From Antechinus flavipes (taxonomy: Eukaryota), in assembly GCF_016432865.1 (NCBI RefSeq), contig NC_067398.1, forward strand, positions 55,490,001-55,554,000: a stretch of DNA of 64,000 nucleotides, read 5' to 3'. This document shows positions 1 through 11,800 of this stretch, piece by piece. Positions within the stretch are counted from its first letter, which is position 1, and the number at the start of each line of letters is the position of its first letter. The notes under the pieces are model-generated. The model had not been told where the DNA came from. It did not search any database and saw nothing but the letters and a program-made list of their open reading frames with translations. The position numbers were made by a program, and so were the translations under genes.

Positions 1-462
1 AAACTTAAAATATAGAGGGGGGCCACTTGTTAAATATTTGCCAGCATACCCCAGGTCACGTGGATAGTAATAACTTCATGAGGTTGATCAGATGAGCCTC
101 TGACAAAAGTAGCAAATGGCAAAGTCTGTTTTTGAACCTCAGTTCTTGATTCCAAATTCAGCGTTTTCTCTACTGTTCTGTACCAAAGTTCTAATGTTCT
201 GTGGTTCCTGGAGCCTTGAAAATGGGAAGGCTCTGGAGAGAGGAAGAAGCCGGAGAAGGGCATCCTGCTGAGGAGAAAGGAGTGAGCTTGGTTAATCAGC
301 TGGAACCATTTAATCACATCATAAATGAGCTCTATTTTTCTGTGGGTGACATCTGGAAAGTCATCCGGTGCATAAAATAGAAAACAACAACAACAAAATA
401 GAGGAGGATGGAAGGGGATGGCCAGTGGGTCTGAGACTGCAATTCTCTTGCTGTACCACCAG

Positions 463-550
463 GTGACACCTCTGACTGCCTTGAAATTTGCCGAGCTGAC
501 CGTGAAAGCTGGCATTCCCAAAGGGGTGGTGAACGTGCTTCCCGGATCAG
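463..550 (+). CDS. ALDH1L1: ALDH1L1 exon, [29 protein letters not shown](G)
   Basis: Acceptor ccaccag|GTG at 462/463; donor CAG|gtaaga at 550/551; 88 nt. Confidence 0.96.
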
Positions 551-2835
551 GTAAGAGGGCGGCAGAGAAGGGCGGTCGTTCTCTGTCTCCCTTCTCAGGA
601 AGAAAAAGCAGGGCATCTCGCCTGGCCAGCTTCCCCATCTGAAAGTCCTACAGAGTCTGATGTCTCCAAAGACCAAGAATCTGACCCTGGAAAAGGGCTG
701 ACTAGGAAAANNNNNNNNNNNNNNNNNNNNNNNNNNNNNNNNNNNNNNNNNNNNNNNNNNNNNNNNNNNNNNNNNNNNNNNNNNNNNNNNNNNNNNNNNN
801 NNNNNNNNNNNNNNNNNNNNNNNNNNNNNNNNNNNNNNNGAAGATNNNNNNNNNNNNNNNNNNNNNNNNNNNNNNNNNNNNNNNNNNNNNNNNNNNNNNN
901 NNNNNNNNNNNNNNNNNNNNNNNNNNNNNNNNNNNNNNNNNNNNNNNNNNNNNNNNNNNNNNNNNNNNNNNNNNNNNNNTACTATGTCTTCTTTATCTTC
1001 CTCCTCTCTTCCTCTTCCTCTTTCTACTACTCCTACTCCCACTCCTACCACCACCACTATTACCTTCTCATCCTTGTATTACTATTACTACTACTACTAC
1101 TAATAATAATAATAATAACAATGGGACAAAGAAGAGACAGCTGAAAGTTAGCCATTAGCCAAAAAAAAATGTAAAAAGAAATCCAAAGTCATGCTAAATC
1201 TTTGGGAGCTCAAGGTAAACTTATCCGCATCTACTCTCATCGGCCATCTTTTGCACAATCATACTTATCCTTCCATGTATACTCAGGGGCAGAGAATTCT
1301 AACCTTGGAGTCAGAAAGAACTGGGATCAACCTCAGAGTCGTGTGATGATGGGCAAGTCACCTGAATTCCTTTGGCCCTCAACTGCAAAATGAGGGGATT
1401 AACTCAATGATTTCTGGGGTTTCTTGTGACTCAAAATCTGTGATCCTATGATCATTCATGAAGCACCTGTGGTGTGTTAGGTGCTGTGTACAAGGAAGTA
1501 AGTAGTTGGAAGACATAGGTTTGAGTCCACATTCTGACATGTATCTTCCTTGTGATCATGAGCAAGACACTTATCCTCTCTGGACTTCATTTCCCCATTT
1601 GTAAGAAGACATGGGGCTGGATTCCTAAGGTCCCATCTAGCAACAGTTCTAAGTTCGAGAGAAAGAGCAAAATGTGGCAAAGCGATAATGAAATAGGAAA
1701 CAGTAGCCTGGGTCCTAGTCCTGACTTTGCCACCAACTTACACTGTGGCCTTAGTTCAGTAAGTTCCCTTCTCTGAAACTCAGTTTACTCTCTATAAATC
1801 TGGAACTAATGATCTCCAAGATTCTATGCAGCTCTAAAGTTTCTAGAATCCATCCCTATGTTTATTCCATTCTCCCTGAAACTGAAAGTTTCTTGGACCA
1901 AATGATAGCTGTCTCTCCACACACAGATGATGAATTGCACACAGCCACAGTCTAGCTGCTCACTTTCTTCCTTAATTAACTTAGCAGCCCTCCAGGAGCC
2001 AGTGGAAGGATCGGGGTGGGTGGGACATCCCTGTGGATCTGGCCAGGTGGTTCCCCCGATGACTCTTTCCCTCTCACCTGGTACAGTTGTAAACACATCT
2101 GACAGCAAAGGGGTAATTGAAATTGTAACTAGGACATCACGCAAGCACCCTTCTGTATCTCCTGACTTCTGCCCAAAGGAGATTGGGTTGGGGCGGCAGA
2201 ATTGGCCTGTACTTCTTTTCAACCTGCCCTGACTCTGTCACTGGCTGGGAATTTGCTGGATCGAGGGCAGGGAGGTATATGTCATCTGCTCAGGAAAAAT
2301 CCTCCAAGAGTCCTGGGATCGGTGCCCAGTTCTGCTATTGGCTTCTCTAATAAGAGTAATAACAATAACAGTGATGGGGATGATACCTCTACTTTATTTG
2401 TACTGTTCATTCACACCCATGACCTAATTTGTTGTTCATGAGACAATCCTGGAAGAGGAATTATCCCTTCTTACAGGCTGGGAAAGGGAATTCAGAGAAG
2501 TTGACTCGCCTAAAATCACATGGTGAAGGCAGCGGCAGCAGCATGCCCTAATGACAAATAATGTTAATGGAAAATCACAGATTTGAGACCAAGAGGACTT
2601 TGGCAACCGTTTATTTCAATCTACTTATTTACAGATGAAGAAATTGAGGGTCCAGGATGTGACTTGTCTAAAGTCACAGAGGTGTCAGAATAAGGATTTG
2701 AACCCAGGACCTTTGATTCCAAAGTCAATGTAGAATTCAACTCTCAAGGGACAGTGTAGGAAAAAAATTTGCCTCTTTTGCTCCTTATCCCTAATTTTTC
2801 TGCCCTGTTAGAAACTGGAGATACAAATACAAAAA

Positions 2836-2869
<34 letters not shown>

Positions 2870-5800
2870 TGTGAGTGTGTAGACAGAGAGAAACAGACAA
2901 AGAGACAAAAGACAGAGACAGAGAGAGAGAAAGATGATCAAAGAAAGATAGAGAGACAGATGAAGAGAAAGAGAGAGGGACAGAAACAGAAAGACAGAGA
3001 TGGAGAGAGAGGACATTGGCAAGCTGGGCGGTATTAAAACCCAAGAAGGGGAACCCTATGAGAATCAGGTACAAGACGTGGGAATGTCCATCCTGAGGAA
3101 GAGAAGATTTAAGGGGCACATCATATCTGTCTTTATAAGTATTTGAAAGATTGTCACGTAGAAGATGGATCAATAAGTAGTACCATAGTGCTGGAGTCAG
3201 GAATCTTCCCAAATTCAAATCTGGCTTATACAGATCCTTATGGGTGTGATTCTGGGTCAGTCAGTAACCCTGTTTACCTCAGTTTCCTTATCTGTAAAAT
3301 GATCTGGAGAAATAAAGGACAAGCCATTTAGTATCTTCGCCAAGAAAACCCCAAAAGGGGTCACAAAGAATTGCACACAATTGAAATGACTGCACAATAA
3401 CATATAGGAGATGGATTAGAAGGGGAGCCATATTGTAGGAGTCAGTGATAACTTGGCCTTGCTTCTGACACACATTAACTCTGTGACCCTGGAGGAGTAT
3501 TAAAGTCTCAATACTCTAAACAAGAAGGTGGCAACCTGCAATTGGTAGAGAAAGTTCCTCATCTGAGAGTTCCTTCTACTATTGAAAACATAGATCCAAG
3601 TTGGAAAGATCCAAGTCCAACCCTCATTTAATAGGGGGCCTCGAGATACTGCGACTAGTCCAAGGCCATATAGGATTTAAGTTGAAGAATCAGAATTCAA
3701 ACTCAGGTTCCCAAGTCCGGTGTTCTGCCTTCATTCAGAAAATTCAGTCCTTTGAAATAGGAGTTAAATTGAAGGATATATTTACTCCATTCCTTGAAGG
3801 ACAGAGTCACATGGTGTCCTCCAAACAGGGGAGAATGCCGTATGCCGTACCATTCTTGTGTTTGTCAGGGCTGGAAAGGGCTTCTGAGGGTCTCTCTTCT
3901 AACCTCCCTTCCACAATATCCAGAAGAGGCGACCCGTTTAGCTGCCTCTGTTTGGATTGGTTCCATGATAAAAAACTCTCCTTTTAGGTTTAAGTGACAG
4001 TGTTCCTTTGAGAGCACAAAGGATCAGAACTGTTCTCTCAGTACCCAGGTGTGCATCATGGGGCACAGACTGTTAAAGCTGGGGGATCTCAGAATTCATC
4101 TAGCTTAATCACCTCATTTTACAGAAGAGTAACCAAGGCCCAAAGACATCCAGTGATTTGTCTAAGGAGAAGGCAGAGCCAGAATTTGTACTCAGGTCTG
4201 GTGGCAGTAGGAACAGGGAAGTGAGGATCCTGCTTTTTTGTCCGGATTATACCACATCTGGAGTATCATGCTCATTTTACGGGGTATCTCGCTGGTACAA
4301 TGGATGGAGATCACTGAATTTATAACCCAACCTGAGACACTTGCTGACTGTGTGACCCTAGGCAAGCCACTTTAACCTCTGTCTGCCTCAGTTTCCTCAT
4401 CTGTAAAATAAGGGTAATAATGGCACCTACCTCCCAGGATTGTTGTGAGACTCAAATGAGATATTTGTGAAGGGTTTGTCATGTAATAAATGCATAATGT
4501 TTCCTTTCCTTCTTTTTAAGTACTACATTTAGGAAGAGCATTGATAAGTAGGATAGTCTGAGGAGTGTGAGCATCATGATAAAGGTCCATGAGACCATGT
4601 GAGAAACAGCAGAAAAATGTTTAGCCTCAAGAAGAGAAGGCTTAGGAGAAACATGAGAGTTGACTTCGAGGATTCAAAGTGCCATCATGGGGGCAAGCAG
4701 TAGCCAGAGGGCAGAGATACTACAAGAAACAGAGTAAAAAGACTAGACTAGACATGAGGAACAACTGATTTTTGAGCTGATACTGCCATAATCTCATTAA
4801 ATATTGCTTTATTTATATTTATAGTTATATTTTATTATTAATATAATATGATTTAATATTGTTATTTTAATCAAATATTTAAATTATGAATATGTAAAAG
4901 TAATAATTAACAAAAATAATTGTTTTGATAATATTATTATGATATAATAATAATGAATGTGATTTATTAATAACTATTTTATTTATATAAATATTGCTGT
5001 CACTATCTCCTTTAATCCTAACAGCAACCCTATAAGGCAGTTCCCATATCCCCATTTTACAGGTGTAAAGTAGAGACTACTTGCTCATAGTCACACATTT
5101 TAGTAAGTGTCAGAGGTTCCAATGGAAGCCAGCTCTTCCTGGCTCAAAGCCCAGTACTTGATTCAGTGGCCTATTTTCAAACCACTATAAATTAAAAATT
5201 CCAAGTTCCATCTTCGAGAATGGAAGAGCTAAAGTCCAAGGTGCCCTTTCAGCTCTAAATCTATGACCTATGATCCCCATCATCCATAGTGTCTAATTGA
5301 CAATGGGCTGACTCAGAAAGTAATGGCTTCTCTTTCTCTTAAAGTCTTCAACTGTGGCTGATCCTGGAAAACATTTGTATGCATTATTGGGGGAGAGATA
5401 TTCTTGCTCAGGCCCCTCTAATTTCCTCTAAATCTGAGAATCTATGCTTCATTATAATATTGGAACAAATCCTAAACCACAACCATGGGAACTTCCAGCG
5501 TGTGAAGAATCCATCCTAAGCTTTTAGGTAGCCTGCTGACTCTCCTTGTGATGGCTGCTCCTGGTTCAGCCAAGGCTCCCAAGCCTTCCCATCCTCATCA
5601 GACAAATCTATCTAGGATTTTAGGGCTCTGGGGGAACCAGATCTTTGGTAACCTTTATTGTGCTGCAGACCAATAGTATCAAATGGAAAAGGGGGTCACT
5701 AATTGGTTCATAAGGATCCCTGCTAGCTTGTTAAAATGTTACTTATGCTTTATTATATTTTTATTTATTTTGTTCAATATTTTCCGATTGCATTTTAATC

Positions 5801-8800
5801 TGATTCAGGCTATATTCGGGAAGGTGGTGAGTCCCATGTGTATGACACTTCTTCTCCAAAACCTTTCAGAGTTAGGACTCGGGGGAAATATTCCAATTTA
5901 TGGGGATTATGGAGGAGTGGAGGAGATGACAAACTCTTTCCCTCCTTCCCTCACCTTACTAGGAACAAACCATCTAGCTAATGATGGGAATGGGCTGTTA
6001 ATGTGTAAGATAATGAAGAGAGGGCTCAGGATTTGGCACTGGGAGACCAGTGATCTCCTCTACTTGCTACATGTACAACATTAAGAAAGTTATTTAACAT
6101 GTCTGAGGTTTGGTTTCCTCCTCTCTAAAATGAGGAAATGACTTTTGTTGTCCTTTGTAGCTCTAAATCCTATATTAAGCTACCCTTTCATTATGAGAGT
6201 AATTCTCTTCTGTCTGCAGGGAATTCTTTACAGACTCAGAGAGCCAGAGGAACAATGGTTTGGCTTGCTGAGTAAACCTGGCCTGGCATATCTGTTTCTC
6301 TTGTTGAAAGCTGCCTAAAAATGGGAAATGACAGCCTCCCTTTACACTGTAGGCCAAGGAAACTCACCTTGTACATCAAGGTTCCATTGGCATTTCAGTC
6401 AAAGAGAGATGTCAAGTAGGGATCAAAAGGAAAGCAAATGTGGGCAGTAAAATTGCCAGGAAAGCAAACCCATCTTCATCAATCCATGGGTTATATCATT
6501 TAGAGGTCTCGGGGACCTCCAGAAGCCTTTCTCTCACACTGTTACCCCTCTTTTGGACAGGTTCCTTAGTTGGGCAGAGGTTATCAGATCATCCAGATGT
6601 AAGGAAAATTGGGTTCACAGGCTCCACGGAGATTGGAAAACACATCATGAAGAGGTAAGCAAGTTGGGGGATCAGGGTGCAGATATACTCGTATATATTG
6701 AACAACCAGTTTTCTGAGGGCATAATACATTTCTAAGCTTCATCTGCACTGTTAACGTTTTCTCTGTCACTCTCAAATCTAATAATAATCTAGTAATAAG
6801 ATCAACAACAACCAAGTCCTGATTTATGGCACTTAGCCGTTTATGAGGTATAAATGCTCATGCTGAAATTTAATAATCAGCTCCAGATAGCCCTAGGAGC
6901 TGACTCCGATACAAAAAAGGCATACTAAGATTGTTGGGTTACTTTTTGGCTTCTAAACTCAGTTCTTCCTAATAACAAAACCTTGTATTTGTGTAGGAAT
7001 TTTGGAGATGTGGTTTAGTTTATTTTTCAAGAATTATAGCGAAAAGATCCATTTTTAAAGTTTCTGAGCACTTGTCCAGACTCTGCCTCTTTCTAGCTTT
7101 ATGATCTTGGTCAATTCCCCTTATCTTTTTTTAATCTATAAAATGGGGATAACAACCCCTATCCAGTTTCCAGAGCTGTCATAAGCATTTTCCATCTGTC
7201 AAATCTCATCTGGATGTGAGGGATTGTTATTGTTTAACTCAGACAGCACTCCTGTCAGGTCAGAAGAATAAATAGTAATATCCTCCATTAGGCAGATGGG
7301 GAAACTGAGGTCCAGTAAGATCGTCACAGGTATCTAAGTCTAAAAGACTATATAGAATTGGGCTGTGGTGTCCACCTGAGGGGAATGGTCGTTTGAATGG
7401 CCAGGAATTATTCACCTTTTGGCTGTGTCCTGGTCCTCTTGGGAAGTCTGGTGAAGTCTACGGGCCCATTTTGAGAATAATGTATTTAAATGCATAAAAT
7501 TAAATAGATCATTAAAATGAAAGTAATAAAATTAAATTAAACTAAACATAAGGTTGCAAAGGAAACCAATTATATTCAAATACAATTTCCAAAAAAAATT
7601 TTTTTTAATTCAGCCCAGATTAAAAACACTTGCTCTAGGAGCTCCTAAATTCTATCCCCTTGTGTAAAAGAACCCTCCCCCAATACAGTACTAAAAGTTT
7701 TGAGAACTATTTGTATAAGTCCCTGGAAGGTGTATCCCTGAAAAAAGGAAGAAGAGATAGTTGAGAATCTTCTGTCTTTTTATTTATTTATTTCCTTTTT
7801 GGTCAGATATTCAGTGTCTTGGTACCCTGAGTGCTTAAGTGAGAGCTGAGGGCCCTTCTTCTTCATCATGACTACCCCAACATGAGCCAAATCCTAATGT
7901 TCCCAGGAGAAATCTGGAAAGGAAAGTACAAGAAAAGGCAAATTCAGAGATTCCCAGAGAAACCCCTAAGTGAGGACCACATAGCCAAGAGGGTTGAACA
8001 GCTTCCCCAAGGTTCTGGGCTGCACTTACATGGAATGATATAGCTGGAAGTAATCTTTGACGTTATTTAATATAATCTTCTCGTTTCATAGCATTGGAAA
8101 CTAAATCCTAGGGAAGAAAAGATGATCAGTATTAGATCACCTAAGGAAGAATTCAATCCTAGATCTTTTGACTTATTCATGTGAATATATTACTTCACCC
8201 CTTCTTTCAAAAAGATTTGCCTTCTTATTTGCATCTCTCAGAAAAGGTTTTTTCCCCTTGGGAAGGACATCTCAAGCATCAGTAAGCCATCAGGGAGGCA
8301 TTTGGGAGAGAGATTTCCCTTTCCTGGTTACTGAAATCTGTTTAGGCAGCCACCTATTTAACCAATATGGCTTAAATATTGGCCATCCCCAAGCAACTCC
8401 AAAGTATCTCATATCTCTCCAGCTTTTACTCATGGAAAATCTCCAAACATTGTGGTCATTGTCTACTACAATCATATAATGGCTTATGTTTACACAGAGC
8501 ACTTTAAAGTTTACTAAGCACTTTTCAAACATTATTTCATGCTACCTAGTGCAGCACAGGTGATGCAATCCTGGCCATTTTATAGGTGAGGTTACCAACA
8601 CTCAGGTCCAGTTAAACAGCTGTGAAATGTCTAAGGAGGATTGAAAATGAAGACTTCCTGATTCTGCAATGAGGGCTCTATCCACCACACTATCTGCCTT
8701 ACTTCCATAAAGAGAAATCTCCATGTTAATTATTTTAAAACTAAAGTGATAGTTTTAGGAAGAATATAAACATGTACAAAAAAACCCAGCAATTGGTCAT

Positions 8801-11800
8801 AGGTTATAAATAATCAGCTGGGCATTTGATACCACAACTATTTTTACTGAAATCCTTTCCTGGAATCCACAGACTTAGCAAAGCTGCCAACAGCCAGAGT
8901 CCAGGGGCTGAAGTGAAACTCTTCTGGACTGAAGGGGACACCTTAACATGCATGGCATGTTAATAGTGATCATGGCAACAGCTCACACTTAGTCATATTT
9001 TCCCCTTCAGAATTAGGAGTCCAATAGAGTTGGAGAATTCCTATTACGTCAGTTCCTTCCAGCAATACAGATCAGCAGCTGAACTATAGGAAGAATAGTA
9101 GAAAATTTCCCAGTGTCCCACAGCCAGGATGTTCCAGAGACCACAAGCTAGTTCTGGTCTTCCCTACTCCAAGACTGTCCACTCCATTCACTATACTACA
9201 CTGCCTCTCAGCTAGGGAATATAAATATTACTACCCTCATTTGAAAAAGGAAATTAAGCCTTATAAGATTGAGTACTTTGTTAAGCCAGGATTCAAGCTA
9301 ACATCTGTGTAANNNNNNNNNNNNNNNNNNNNNNNNNNNNNNNNNNNNNNNNNNNNNNNNNNNNNNNNNNNNNNNNNNNNNNNNNNNNNNNNNNNNNNNN
9401 NNNNNNNNNNNNNNNNNNNNNNNNNNNNNNNNNNNNNNNNNNNNNNNNNNNNNNNNNNNNNGAGACAGAGACAAAGGAAAAGGGGAAAAAGAAAGGGAGG
9501 GAGAATAAGAAAGAAGAGAGAGAGGAAAGGGGAAAGAGGAAGGGGAGGGGAGAGAGAAGAGGAAGGAGACCTATTTGCTCTTTTCTCTATGCCTTTGACT
9601 GGCTTTCCCCCCATTCCTGAAATAGGCTTCTTCTTCATTCTTCTGTTTCTTGGAATCCCTGACCTCCTTCAAAACCCAGTTCAAGAGTGAACTTCTTTAT
9701 AACACTTTTCTTCACACCTTCTGAAGCTAAGTTGGGACTGGGAATATGGTGTTAACTTTCTATAATAATAGGAAAGATAGAAGGTGGATAGAATTTAGAG
9801 AGAAAATAATGAGTTCCATTTTGAACATACTGAGTTTAAGATGTCTAATAGACATCTAGTATAAGCTACATCAGGGGTCCTCAAACTTTTTAAATAGGGG
9901 GCCAGTTCACTGTCCCTCAGATCATTGGAGGGCCAGACTATAGTAAGAACAAAAACTTTGTTTTGTGGGCCTTTAAATAAAGAAACTTCATAGCCCTGGG
10001 TGAGGAGGTAAATGTCCTCAGCTGCCTCATCTGGCCCGCGGGCCGTAGTTTGAGGACTCTTGAGCTATATGAAAGGCATTTGAAGGTACAAGATTGGAGA
10101 TTGGACCAGGACAAGTAGATTTGAAAATCTTTAACATAGAGATGATGATTAGATTCATGGGAGCTAATGAGATCATCAAGAGAAATAGTACAGAAGGAGA
10201 GGAAAAGAAAGCCCAGAACAGAACTCTGATGGACAACTATGGTTAGAGGGTATGATCTGGAGGAGGCGCCAGCAAAAGATTCAGAGAAAGAATGGTCAGA
10301 GAGGCAGGAGGAGAAAGAGAGTGTGGTATCCAGAAAACTTAGAAAGAAAAGAGTTTCAAGGAATTGAAAATGACCAACAGTGTCAAGGAAAATAAGGACT
10401 GAGAATGATACATTTGGCAACTAAGAGATCCTTAGTGACTGGAGAGAGAAGTTTCAGTGGAATAAGGTCAGAAATCATATTATAAGGAGTTGAGATAAGA
10501 ATGAGAGGAAGAAAAAGTGGAGGTCCTAGATGGTCTTTTTGAGCTGTAAAGGGCAGAAAAGATAGAGGATAATATTTATCAGAGATAGAAGATCAAGTAG
10601 CATCTTTTTTAAGATAGTGGAGGTATGGATATGTTTGTGGGCAACAAAAAATGAGCCTGTAGATAAGTAGAGATTAAAAATAAGTGAAACATGGCACAGT
10701 CTATTGGGGGAAATGGGAAGGAAGGGGATCGCTCGATCAAGTGGAAGAGTTAGCCTTGGTAAGAAAAAAGGTCACTCAGCAAAGTGTTAATGAAGATTGG
10801 CTCATTGGTTTGGATTAATAGAATACCAGATTACTCAGTTACTATATATAGTAATAGAAAGATAGAGAGATTTATAGGGTCACTGGTTTTATTTACTAAT
10901 GGAAGTTTTTATAACATTTTAAAGATCATATACAGTTGAACTTTTTCAGATTATTAAGTGCTGTAAATGCAAAATAGTCAATCCTGTATTAAATGTGTGC
11001 ACTTGGAAGTATATGCTTTGCTTGTATAGTTGTAAATAATCAGAAAAAAGGTACCCTAAAGAAAAATCTGATAAAAATTATTGTTATATTATGATATATT
11101 ATAAATGTTGCTTTGGGGCTGGATGTAGATAAACTATATGTTATGGTTCTAGTATTTTTTTAAAAAGGTCACTTCAGCATGTGAGATAGTCTTGCCAATT
11201 TTCTTTCATCTTACACTCATACATTTGATTTTTTGAACCCAAATATAAGGTTTCTCTTTATTTCCATTATATTTCATCTTTTTAAATTTGCTCCATTGTT
11301 CTAATTGGCTGAGGGGAGGGAGGAATAAAGATTTATATAGCATCTGCTGTGTACCAGACACTTTGCTAAGCATTTTTTACAAATATCTCAATTGAACCTT
11401 TAACAAACATGTAAGGTAGGTATTATTATTATTATTCCCAATATGCAGTTGAGGAAATTGAGACAAATAGAAGTAAAGTGATTTTCCCAGAGCTGGTAAG
11501 AATATGAGGCTGGATTTGAACTCAGATCTTCCTGATATCTAGCATTCATCCCCTATGCCACCAGATGTTTTGTTTGCTTTTATGATCCCTTTTCTCCTTC
11601 CCCACCCCCATCTTCCCAATAAGGTTGAGATCTTTGGATTTTGATTGTCCCTCAACGTGTTAGCTATTCCACCAAGCTTGTCATCTGCAATGTGACAGGC
11701 ATAAGTAATTCCTTCATCCAAGTCACTGTTAGAAGCATTAAATACCACAGCATCCCAATAGAAACCAAGGACACTCTACTATTTGGTTCAAAAACAGCAA

